From Escherichia coli (GTDB lineage: Bacteria; Pseudomonadota; Gammaproteobacteria; Enterobacterales; Enterobacteriaceae), in NCBI RefSeq assembly GCF_003334815.1, contig NZ_QOWO01000050.1: DNA of 23,190 nucleotides. One strand, given 5' to 3'. Every line of letters begins with the position of its first letter. Position 1 is the stretch's first letter. Made by a program: the position numbers and the translations under genes. Positions 1 to 9,941 of the stretch are shown piece after piece. The notes beneath the pieces are model-generated. The model saw only the letters and a program-made list of their open reading frames with translations, was not told the DNA's origin and ran no database searches.

Positions 1-1
1 G

Positions 2-898
2 TGGCTTGCGCAGTGCGGGCTGACGGTGGAGCAACTGGCCAGACAGGTGGAGCCGGAATACACACCGGCGCGAAAAGCTCATCTTTATCACTGCGACCAC
101 CGGGGACTGCCGCTGGCGCTTATCAGCGAAGACGGCAATACGGCGTGGAGCGCGGAATATGATGAATGGGGCAACCAGCTTAATGAGGAGAACCCGCATC
201 ATGTGTATCAGCCGTACCGTCTGCCAGGGCAGCAGCATGATGAGGAATCAGGGCTGTACTATAACCGTCACCGGTACTACGATCCGTTGCAGGGGCGGTA
301 TATTACTCAGGACCCGATGGGGTTGAAAGGGGGATGGAATTTATATCAGTATCCTTTAAATCCACTACAACAAATTGACCCTATGGGATTATTGCAGACT
401 TGGGATGATGCCAGATCTGGAGCATGTACGGGGGGAGTTTGTGGTGTTCTTTCACGTATAATAGGACCAAGTAAATTTGATAGTACTGCAGATGCTGCGT
501 TAGATGCTTTGAAAGAAACGCAGAATAGATCTCTATGTAATGATATGGAATACTCTGGTATTGTCTGTAAAGATACTAATGGAAAATATTTTGCATCTAA
601 GGCAGAAACTGATAATTTAAGAAAGGAGTCATATCCTCTGAAAAGAAAATGTCCCACAGGTACAGATAGAGTTGCTGCTTATCATACTCACGGTGCAGAT
701 AGTCATGGCGATTATGTTGATGAATTTTTTTCAAGTAGCGATAAAAATCTTGTAAGAAGTAAAGATAATAATCTTGAAGCATTTTATCTCGCAACACCTG
801 ATGGACGATTTGAGGCGCTTAATAATAAAGGAGAATATATTTTTATCAGAAATAGTGTCCCGGGATTGAGTTCAGTATGCATACCGTATCATGATTAA
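2..898 (+). CDS. rhsD: Rhs-family polymorphic toxin, C-terminal ~299 codons (5'-partial; gene begins upstream of window). Conserved Rhs core end followed by a variable AT-rich C-terminal toxin domain
   Basis: Frame is open from position 2 with no stop before the track ORF at 26. Translation contains the Rhs core-terminal signature YDxxGR...[13 protein letters not shown] (PxxxxDPxGL) at about 300-390. Base composition drops sharply to AT-rich immediately after that motif, as expected for a swapped toxin tip. Gene symbol is from recalled context (rhsD-ybbC-ylbH-ybbD next to mnmH/allS). Confidence 0.85.
   Translation, partial: WLAQCGLTVEQLARQVEPEYTPARKAHLYHCDHRGLPLALISEDGNTAWSAEYDEWGNQLNEENPHHVYQPYRLPGQQHDEESGLYYNRHRYYDPLQGRYITQDPMGLKGGWNLYQYPLNPLQQIDPMGLLQTWDDARSGACTGGVCGVLSRIIGPSKFDSTADAALDALKETQNRSLCNDMEYSGIVCKDTNGKYFASKAETDNLRKESYPLKRKCPTGTDRVAAYHTHGADSHGDYVDEFFSSSDKNLVRSKDNNLEAFYLATPDGRFEALNNKGEYIFIRNSVPGLSSVCIPYHD
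113..392 (+). repeat. Rhs core-terminal homology block, copy 1 (direct repeat with 1309-1588)
   Basis: Nucleotide and protein similarity to 1309-1588 visible by eye, including a 33-nt identical block ccggtactacgatccgttgcaggggcggtatat at 271-303 and 1467-1499. Both copies end at the DPxGL motif. Confidence 0.8.
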
Positions 899-937
899 TT
901 TTAGTGCTTTTATTAGTGGGGCCTATAAGGAGATTCA

Positions 938-1306
938 ATGAAATATAGTTCAATATTTTCGATGCTTTCATTTTTTATACTATTTGCCTGTAATGAGACA
1001 GCTGTTTACGGTTCTGATGAAAACATTATTTTTATGAGGTATGTGGAAAAATTACATTTAGATAAATACTCTGTTAAAAATACGGTAAAAACTGAAACAA
1101 TGGCGATACAATTAGCTGAAATATATGTTAGGTATCGCTATGGCGAACGGATTGCAGAAGAAGAAAAACCATATTTAATTACGGAACTACCAGATAGTTG
1201 GGTTGTTGAGGGAGCAAAGTTACCTTATGAAGTTGCGGGTGGTGTATTTATTATAGAAATTAATAAGAAAAATGGATGTGTTTTGAATTTCCTACATAGT
1301 AAATAA
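938..1306 (+). CDS. ybbC: Small protein directly downstream of the Rhs toxin tip; putative cognate Rhs immunity protein with a hydrophobic N-terminus (possible signal peptide or lipoprotein)
   Basis: 122-aa ORF starting 40 nt after the rhs stop, AT-rich like the toxin tip. N-terminus [18 protein letters not shown] is signal-peptide-like with a Cys after the hydrophobic stretch. Position immediately 3' of an Rhs C-terminal tip is the canonical immunity-gene location. Confidence 0.75.
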   Translation: MKYSSIFSMLSFFILFACNETAVYGSDENIIFMRYVEKLHLDKYSVKNTVKTETMAIQLAEIYVRYRYGERIAEEEKPYLITELPDSWVVEGAKLPYEVAGGVFIIEINKKNGCVLNFLHSK

Positions 1307-2016
1307 TGCTGGCGCTGATGGATGCGGATGGAAACATTGCGTGGAGCGGGGAGTATGATGAGTGGGGCAACCAGCTGAATGAAGAGAACCCGCATCACCT
1401 GCACCAGCCGTACCGGCTGCCGGGGCAGCAGTATGATAAGGAGTCGGGGCTGTACTACAACCGGAACCGGTACTACGATCCGTTGCAGGGGCGGTATATC
1501 ACTCAGGACCCGATAGGGCTGGAGGGGGGATGGAGTCTGTATGCGTATCCGCTGAATCCGGTGAATGGTATTGATCCATTAGGGTTAAGTCCCGCAGATG
1601 TAGCGCTAATAAGAAGAAAAGATCAACTAAACCATCAAAGAGCATGGGATATATTATCTGATACTTATGAAGATATGAAGAGATTAAATTTAGGTGGGAC
1701 TGATCAATTTTTCCATTGTATGGCATTTTGTCGAGTGTCTAAATTAAATGACGCTGGTGTTAGCCGATCGGCGAAAGGGCTGGGTTATGAAAAAGAGATT
1801 AGAGATTACGGGTTAAATCTGTTCGGTATGTACGGCAGAAAAGTAAAGCTATCCCATTCTGAAATGATTGAAGATAATAAAAAAGACTTGGCTGTAAATG
1901 ACCATGGGTTGACATGTCCATCAACAACAGATTGCTCAGATAGATGTAGTGATTATATTAATCCAGAGCATAAAAAAACGATAAAGGCTTTACAAGATGC
2001 TGGCTATCTCAAGTAA
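1306..2016 (+). CDS. ylbH: Orphan Rhs C-terminal module: ~95 residues of Rhs core end (through DPLGL) fused to a different, AT-rich C-terminal toxin domain of unknown activity
   Basis: 236-aa ORF whose ATG overlaps the ybbC stop (TAATG). N-terminal third is homologous to the end of the upstream rhs core; the sequence after DPLGL (about 1590) is unrelated to the RhsD tip and AT-rich. No upstream Rhs repeat region is in frame, so it is a displaced tip rather than a full rhs gene. Confidence 0.8.
   Translation: MLALMDADGNIAWSGEYDEWGNQLNEENPHHLHQPYRLPGQQYDKESGLYYNRNRYYDPLQGRYITQDPIGLEGGWSLYAYPLNPVNGIDPLGLSPADVALIRRKDQLNHQRAWDILSDTYEDMKRLNLGGTDQFFHCMAFCRVSKLNDAGVSRSAKGLGYEKEIRDYGLNLFGMYGRKVKLSHSEMIEDNKKDLAVNDHGLTCPSTTDCSDRCSDYINPEHKKTIKALQDAGYLK
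1309..1588 (+). repeat. Rhs core-terminal homology block, copy 2 (5' part of the orphan tip module)
   Basis: Same as copy 1. Encoded peptide [26 protein letters not shown]...[14 protein letters not shown] parallels [26 protein letters not shown]...[14 protein letters not shown] in the main rhs ORF. Confidence 0.8.
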
Positions 2017-2257
2017 TCTATCAAAGATGATAATATTTATTTTTGCTATTATAATCATTGTTGTTTTATGCGTAATTACTTATCTTTATTTATACAAAGA
2101 TGAATCTCTTGTAAGTAAACATTACATAAACTATATGGCAATACCAGAAAATGATGGAGTTTTTACATGGCTCCCAGATTTTTTTCCGCACGTAGCGGTG
2201 GATATATCAATATACACAAATGTAGAAGATGATTATTTTTTTCTTATTTTTCCCTAA
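1997..2257 (+). CDS. ybbD: Small predicted membrane protein downstream of the orphan Rhs tip; candidate immunity protein for the orphan toxin (start uncertain; an internal ATG at 2027 just after the ylbH stop is an alternative)
   Basis: 86-aa ORF, very AT-rich, with a strongly hydrophobic N-terminal segment [22 protein letters not shown]. Sits in the immunity-gene position relative to the orphan tip. Weak ribosome-binding sites for both candidate starts. Confidence 0.5.
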   Translation: MLAISSNLSKMIIFIFAIIIIVVLCVITYLYLYKDESLVSKHYINYMAIPENDGVFTWLPDFFPHVAVDISIYTNVEDDYFFLIFP

Positions 2258-3000
2258 CAAATGATGATGGGGGTAGGTTTAAGAAAACATTGACAGTGAG
2301 GGCCAGGGAACAAGTGGCGAAAATCGTATCAAAGAATGATCCAGATACAAAAAAAGTGTGGTGTAAATATGGTAAGATACCAGGGCAAGGGGATGGTGTA
2401 AACCTTTTTTTGTTGGTGAAATTAATGTTACGCATTATTTTATAACAAATATTGGAGCTGGATTGCCTGATGCTTGTGCAGAGTAATTGCTTGAATTAAG
2501 AGTCTATCCCATATCGAAGTCGTCAACTTCGTAGTGAGGAAAAGTAAAATTCCTGACTGAGAAAAGACATGTCGGCTATTGTGTAAAGCCATATAGCTCA
2601 GACGATGAATATCTACTCGTATTCAGTTGTTTATTGAGGGTGAGTTCCGACCCTGAAACAACAAATAAAATGAACAGTCAGAGAGTTTACATAGAATTGC
2701 ACTGGTCTTTTACGATATCTGACATTGTGTAATACATATTCAGCCATGCATTAATTAAAATGTTACGTGTTTAATGTGAGTCCCTATCTGAAAATAAATA
2801 ATCCTTCCGGATTAAAATAAATTCTTGCCGGGAAAGAAAGAGGAAATAAACCATTAGCGGAAAACCAGCGGCACGCCAGGGTGACATGCCCCAGTACGGC
2901 GGCCCGATAGTCCAGGGTTCAGCGGGGGTACTGATAGTCGCGCCGACTGCATCGAGAACTCCATACAACTTTTTACGGAACGTCACCTGATAAAATTTGT

Positions 3001-3372
3001 TCAGTATCGTCTTTTGAGATTCTCAAGGTTATGGAGTAACCAGACAGAACGGACACCACTGTCGGAGATAAAAACCCCCTGTTTACGCAGCTCGTTGCTG
3101 GCCCGGTGCTGACCATGTGTCGGGAAAGCGACGGCGTAATCAACAACAGCCTGTTCAGTTGCCTCATCGGTACGGTTCTTAAGGTTAGGAGCGCGGCGAC
3201 TACGATTAATCTGCGCATCCACACCGCCTTCAGCGACCAGTTCGCGGTAACGATAAAACGTATCACGCGAAACGCCCATGATTTTACAGGCTTTTGATAC
3301 GTAGCTGAGTTCTTCAGCCAGATTGAGCAAACCGGCTTTGTGTTTGATGACGGGATTGGCAGTATGAAGCAT
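3001..3372 (-). pseudogene. ylbG: Truncated IS481-like transposase N-terminal (HTH) fragment; no integrase/DDE domain follows
   Basis: Minus-strand ORF with ATG at 3370-3372 preceded by AAGAGGTAA (the track's GTG at 3408 lies upstream of this). Translation MGVSRDTFYRYRELVAEGG...NRSRRAPNLKNRTDEATEQAVVDYAVAFPTHGQHRASNELRKQGVFISDSGVRSVW resembles the N-terminal HTH region of IS481/IS3-like transposases. The ORF stops after ~123 aa and downstream sequence is AT-rich without a recognisable catalytic domain. Confidence 0.55.
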
Positions 3373-3487
3373 GAGAGTTACCTCTTGTTTTGGATAAGGA
3401 TTCGACACTCATATCAAAACCGGTAACTCTCAACCTTTCAAGGCCATGTGTCAGATCAAGTCGCGACTAATACAAATACGTCCCTCA

Positions 3488-4597
<1,110 letters not shown>

Positions 4598-4650
4598 TCA
4601 AATCAGCTTGCGCGCTATTTTACGCGCCAACGCGCAAGGAAACTTGATTT

Positions 4651-5577
4651 TTAACTGCGTGGGTTGCCGAAAATTTCTAAAAATCCGCTGATTTCCGGCC
4701 TGCGCTGGGTAAACAAGGTCACAATATCTTCTACCGCTTTGCCGCTGCCAAATTTGCGCCATGCCAGACTCAATGGCGAAGGAGGGCGCATCGTTGGGAT
4801 TACCCGGCTGACCAGTTGTTGATTATCGATCATTGACTGGCAAAGCGATTTTGGCAAAAAACCAATGCCAACGCCCGCCAGATGGGCGGCGATTTTCGTT
4901 TCCATATCGGGAACAATAATCTCTTTTTGCCCTGGCAATCGCCAGGCGACGCGTTTGGTTAAGGTGCGGGCGCTGTCTTCAATATTGACCGCCGGAAAGC
5001 GCCGCAACTGCGCTTCTGTTAGCGGCTCTTCAACGTTCGCCAGCGGATGATCCGCCGCCATGACAAAGCGCCATTGCACCGATCCTAAGGGATCAAGACT
5101 AAAGGTATTTGCCAGCGCCTCAGTTCCCGTGACGCCGATAGCCAGCGAAAAACCTTCGTACAATAGCGAGTCCCAGACGCCCATATAGATTTGTCGGGAG
5201 ATGTGAAACTGGGTAAAGGGGTAACGCTCATTCAGCCACGCCAGCAACTGGGCGACGGCCTGGGGGTTGTAGAGCAGGTTGTTGATGACAATATTCACCT
5301 GGCGTTCCACGCCATCATTCACCTGTTGCAGCTCGCTTGGCATACTTTCCAGCCAGCTCAGCCAGTCTCTGGCCTGGGAAAGTAGATGCTCGCCAGCCGC
5401 TGTCAACGTCACGCTGCGAGTCGTACGGAAAAACAGCGCTACTCCGGTATTCTCTTCCAGAAGTTTAATGCGATAACTGATCGTCGCCGTGGTTTTACAT
5501 AATCGTTCTGCCGCTTTTGAAAAACTTCCTGTTTCAGCAACCGCAATGAAAGTCCGCAAGGTTTCTGGATCGAACAT
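4651..5577 (-). CDS. allS: LysR-type transcriptional activator of the allantoin catabolic operon
   Basis: 308-aa ORF with a LysR N-terminal HTH ([36 protein letters not shown]). Divergent from allA, as in the allantoin regulon. Confidence 0.9.
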
Positions 5578-5684
5578 CTTCAGGTATCCCCTTTTAAATC
5601 CGCAAGTTGCGTGATTTTCTTATCCTCTGATTTATCAGTATTTTTACATGATAACCCTGTTCAATTTGTGGACTAAATCTAGTT

Positions 5685-5701
5685 TTGGAAAAATATTCCA
5701 A
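5685..5701. promoter_or_regulatory. Candidate AllR operator in the allS-allA divergent region (TTGGAAAAATATTCCAA)
   Basis: 17-mer inverted repeat centred in the 229-bp divergent intergenic region. It differs at a single position from a second 17-mer at 7235-7251 upstream of gcl. A TTGGAA-type dyad is consistent with what I recall of AllR (IclR family) sites. Confidence 0.6.
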
Positions 5702-5806
5702 CTTTTGTATTGATGTTGTTCTCTTAAGGTTTTAGATTGCCTGTTATTGAAACCAAGCTGACCGGTCGGCGGTGGTTGAACGGAATTATGTTACAAGGAC
5801 AAAAAG

Positions 5807-6289
5807 ATGAAACTTCAGGTATTACCGTTAAGTCAGGAAGCCTTTAGTGCTTATGGCGACGTAATCGAAACGCAGCAACGGGATTTTTTCCATATTAACA
5901 ATGGCCTGGTGGAGCGTTACCACGATTTGGCGCTGGTTGAGATTCTTGAGCAAGACCGTACGCTTATCAGCATTAACCGCGCGCAACCGGCGAATCTGCC
6001 GCTGACCATTCACGAACTCGAACGTCATCCGCTGGGTACTCAGGCCTTTATCCCGATGAAAGGTGAGGTGTTTGTGGTGGTCGTGGCGTTAGGTGACGAC
6101 AAACCAGACCTGTCAACGCTGCGGGCGTTTATCACCAACGGCGAACAGGGAGTGAATTACCATCGTAACGTCTGGCATCACCCACTTTTCGCCTGGCAGC
6201 GCGTCACCGATTTTCTGACCATCGATCGCGGCGGCAGTGACAACTGTGATGTTGAAAGTATTCCTGAACAGGAACTCTGTTTTGCGTGA
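5807..6289 (+). CDS. allA: Ureidoglycolate lyase (ureidoglycolate hydrolase family)
   Basis: 160-aa ORF; sequence and length match AllA; position between allS and allR. Confidence 0.9.
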
Positions 6290-6366
6290 CGCCTGCAACC
6301 GACTTGCATAAGATAAACTAATTGTTCATTGTTTATGCTCACTTGTAGGTCGGAGTTAACGTAGGT

Positions 6367-7182
6367 ATGACGGAAGTTAGACGGCGCGGCAGGCCAGGAC
6401 AGGCGGAGCCTGTGGCACAGAAGGGCGCACAGGCGTTAGAGCGGGGAATTGCGATTCTGCAATATTTGGAAAAAAGTGGGGGAAGTTCGTCGGTTAGCGA
6501 TATTTCTCTCAATCTGGATTTGCCGCTCTCCACGACCTTTCGCTTGCTGAAGGTTTTACAGGCAGCGGATTTTGTCTATCAGGACAGTCAATTAGGCTGG
6601 TGGCATATAGGATTAGGTGTCTTTAACGTCGGTGCGGCGTACATCCATAACCGCGATGTCCTCTCCGTCGCCGGGCCGTTTATGCGCCGCCTGATGTTAC
6701 TTTCCGGCGAAACGGTCAATGTCGCGATCCGTAACGGCAATGAAGCGGTATTAATTGGTCAGTTAGAGTGTAAATCGATGGTCAGGATGTGTGCGCCACT
6801 GGGCAGTCGTCTGCCACTGCATGCTTCCGGTGCGGGCAAAGCGCTGCTTTATCCGCTGGCGGAAGAGGAGTTGATGAGCATCATTCTGCAAACCGGTTTG
6901 CAGCAGTTTACGCCAACTACGCTTGTGGATATGCCCACCTTGCTGAAGGACCTGGAACAAGCGCGTGAACTGGGCTATACCGTAGATAAAGAAGAGCATG
7001 TTGTAGGTCTGAATTGCATAGCTTCAGCAATTTACGATGATGTCGGTAGTGTTGTTGCCGCTATCTCCATCTCCGGGCCTTCATCAAGACTGACAGAAGA
7101 TCGTTTTGTCAGTCAGGGTGAGCTGGTCAGAGACACCGCCCGCGATATCAGCACGGCGTTGGGACTGAAAGCACATCCATAA
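6367..7182 (+). CDS. allR: IclR-family transcriptional repressor of the allantoin/glyoxylate regulon
   Basis: 271-aa ORF with an N-terminal HTH and C-terminal IclR effector domain; matches AllR length and context. Confidence 0.9.
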
Positions 7183-7194
7183 TGTCTGTCGCAT

Positions 7195-7219
7195 CCCGCT
7201 CTGCGGAGCGGGTTTTTTT
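7195..7219 (+). terminator. Rho-independent terminator downstream of allR
   Basis: GC-rich hairpin CCCGCTC-TGCG-GAGCGGG followed by a run of seven T, starting 13 nt after the allR stop. Confidence 0.7.
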
Positions 7220-7234
7220 GACAAAATTTGAAAG

Positions 7235-7251
7235 TTGGAAAAATTTTCCAA
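7235..7251. promoter_or_regulatory. Candidate AllR operator in the gcl promoter (perfect palindrome TTGGAAAA-A-TTTTCCAA)
   Basis: Perfect 8-1-8 palindrome 21 nt upstream of the gcl ATG, near-identical to the 17-mer at 5685-5701. A possible -35 hexamer TTGACA lies at 7218-7223. Confidence 0.6.
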
Positions 7252-7271
7252 TAAATAGAGGTAGGAATAAA

Positions 7272-9053
7272 ATGGCAAAAATGAGAGCCGTTGACGCGGC
7301 AATGTATGTGCTGGAGAAAGAAGGTATCACTACCGCCTTCGGTGTTCCGGGAGCTGCAATCAATCCGTTCTACTCAGCGATGCGTAAGCACGGCGGTATT
7401 CGTCACATTCTGGCGCGTCATGTGGAAGGTGCTTCGCACATGGCGGAAGGTTATACCCGCGCAACGGCAGGGAATATCGGCGTATGTCTGGGGACTTCCG
7501 GTCCTGCGGGCACGGACATGATCACCGCGCTCTATTCCGCTTCTGCTGATTCCATTCCTATTCTGTGCATTACCGGCCAGGCACCGCGCGCCCGTCTGCA
7601 TAAAGAAGATTTTCAGGCCGTAGATATTGAAGCAATTGCTAAACCGGTCAGCAAAATGGCGGTTACAGTTCGTGAAGCGGCGCTGGTGCCTCGCGTGCTG
7701 CAACAGGCATTTCACCTGATGCGTTCTGGTCGTCCGGGTCCGGTACTGGTGGATTTACCGTTCGACGTTCAGGTTGCGGAAATCGAGTTTGATCCTGACA
7801 TGTACGAACCGCTGCCGGTCTACAAACCTGCTGCCAGCCGTATGCAGATCGAAAAAGCTGTAGAAATGTTAATCCAGGCCGAACGTCCGGTGATTGTTGC
7901 CGGGGGCGGGGTAATTAATGCTGACGCAGCTGCACTGTTACAACAGTTTGCTGAACTGACCAGCGTTCCGGTGATCCCAACGCTAATGGGCTGGGGCTGT
8001 ATCCCGGACGATCATGAACTGATGGCCGGGATGGTGGGTCTGCAAACCGCGCATCGTTACGGTAACGCAACGCTGCTGGCGTCTGACATGGTGTTTGGTA
8101 TCGGTAACCGTTTTGCTAACCGTCATACCGGCTCGGTAGAGAAATACACCGAAGGGCGCAAAATCGTTCATATTGATATTGAGCCGACGCAAATTGGTCG
8201 CGTGCTGTGTCCGGATCTCGGTATTGTCTCTGATGCTAAAGCGGCGCTGACACTGCTGGTTGAAGTGGCGCAGGAGATGCAAAAAGCGGGTCGTCTGCCG
8301 TGTCGTAAAGAATGGGTCGCCGACTGCCAGCAGCGTAAACGCACTTTGCTGCGCAAAACCCACTTCGACAACGTGCCGGTGAAACCGCAGCGCGTGTATG
8401 AAGAGATGAACAAAGCCTTTGGTCGCGATGTTTGTTATGTCACCACCATTGGTCTGTCACAAATCGCTGCGGCACAAATGCTGCATGTCTTTAAAGACCG
8501 CCACTGGATCAACTGTGGTCAGGCTGGTCCGTTAGGCTGGACGATTCCGGCTGCGCTAGGGGTTTGTGCCGCTGATCCGAAACGCAATGTGGTGGCGATT
8601 TCTGGCGACTTTGACTTCCAGTTCCTGATTGAAGAGTTAGCTGTTGGCGCGCAGTTCAACATTCCGTACATCCATGTGCTGGTCAACAACGCTTATCTGG
8701 GGCTGATTCGTCAGTCACAACGCGCTTTTGACATGGACTACTGCGTGCAACTCGCTTTCGAGAATATCAACTCCAGTGAAGTGAATGGCTACGGTGTTGA
8801 CCACGTAAAAGTAGCGGAAGGTTTAGGTTGTAAAGCTATTCGGGTCTTCAAACCGGAAGATATTGCGCCAGCCTTTGAACAGGCGAAAGCCTTAATGGCG
8901 CAATATCGGGTACCGGTAGTCGTGGAAGTTATTCTCGAGCGTGTGACCAATATTTCGATGGGCAGCGAACTGGATAACGTCATGGAATTTGAAGATATCG
9001 CCGATAACGCAGCGGACGCACCGACTGAAACCTGCTTCATGCACTATGAATAA
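7272..9053 (+). CDS. gcl: Glyoxylate carboligase (tartronate-semialdehyde synthase), thiamine-diphosphate dependent
   Basis: Track ORF 7182-9053 begins at an upstream alternative start inside the terminator; the real start is ATG at 7272 ([19 protein letters not shown]...) preceded by AGAGGTAGGAAT, giving 593 aa. Confidence 0.92.
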
Positions 9054-9065
9054 GGGAGATAAATA

Positions 9066-9842
9066 ATGTTACGTTTCTCTGCTAATTTATCGATGTTATT
9101 TGGAGAATATGATTTTCTCGCCCGTTTTGAGAAAGCTGCGCAGTGTGGTTTTCGCGGCGTTGAATTTATGTTTCCTTATGACTACGACATTGAAGAATTA
9201 AAACATGTGCTGGCGAGTAATAAACTCGAACATACGCTGCACAATTTACCGGCGGGTGACTGGGCGGCGGGGGAGCGCGGTATTGCCTGTATTCCTGGCC
9301 GTGAAGAAGAGTTTCGGGATGGCGTAGCAGCAGCGATTCGTTATGCCCGTGCGCTGGGTAATAAAAAAATTAACTGTCTGGTCGGTAAAACGCCGGCTGG
9401 TTTCAGCAGTGAACAGATTCACGCAACGCTTGTAGAAAACCTGCGTTATGCCGCGAATATGCTGATGAAAGAAGATATTTTATTACTGATTGAACCTATT
9501 AACCATTTTGATATTCCTGGTTTCCATCTCACCGGAACTCGGCAGGCGCTGAAATTGATTGATGATGTTGGTTGCTGCAATTTGAAAATTCAGTATGACA
9601 TTTATCATATGCAGCGGATGGAAGGTGAATTAACCAACACCATGACTCAGTGGGCTGATAAAATTGGTCACCTGCAAATTGCCGATAATCCGCATCGCGG
9701 CGAACCGGGAACCGGAGAAATTAATTATGATTATCTCTTTAAGGTAATCGAAAATTCTGACTACAACGGTTGGGTTGGGTGTGAATATAAACCCCAAACC
9801 ACCACGGAAGCCGGTTTACGCTGGATGGATCCGTACCGTTAA
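9066..9842 (+). CDS. hyi: Hydroxypyruvate isomerase
   Basis: 258-aa ORF 12 nt after gcl with RBS GGGAGA; sequence matches Hyi (xylose-isomerase-like TIM barrel family). Confidence 0.9.
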   Translation: MLRFSANLSMLFGEYDFLARFEKAAQCGFRGVEFMFPYDYDIEELKHVLASNKLEHTLHNLPAGDWAAGERGIACIPGREEEFRDGVAAAIRYARALGNKKINCLVGKTPAGFSSEQIHATLVENLRYAANMLMKEDILLLIEPINHFDIPGFHLTGTRQALKLIDDVGCCNLKIQYDIYHMQRMEGELTNTMTQWADKIGHLQIADNPHRGEPGTGEINYDYLFKVIENSDYNGWVGCEYKPQTTTEAGLRWMDPYR

Positions 9843-9941
9843 AACGTAACGCTATTCAGACAATGCTTTTTTAGGCCGCTAAGTTGGCAGGGGATCGTGT
9901 TGTCTGAATTCAGGAAAAGCGAAATTTAAAAGAGGTTAATT

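Noticed and set aside
346-797. Minus-strand ORFs of 103 and 66 aa antisense to the Rhs toxin tip
   Set aside because: Fully nested antisense within a confident CDS, low-complexity AT-rich translations, no RBS; typical spurious frames.
4607-4638. Possible terminator hairpin (CTTGCGCG ... CGCGCAAG) between allS and mnmH
   Set aside because: Stem is interrupted by a long 16-nt loop and the downstream minus-strand T-tract is only three T's; not convincing as an intrinsic terminator.
7182-7271. N-terminal 30-codon extension of the gcl track ORF ([30 protein letters not shown])
   Set aside because: It is the translation of the allR terminator hairpin and gcl promoter/operator. The track start overlaps the allR stop and has no RBS, whereas ATG 7272 has a good RBS and gives the canonical MAKMRAV N-terminus.
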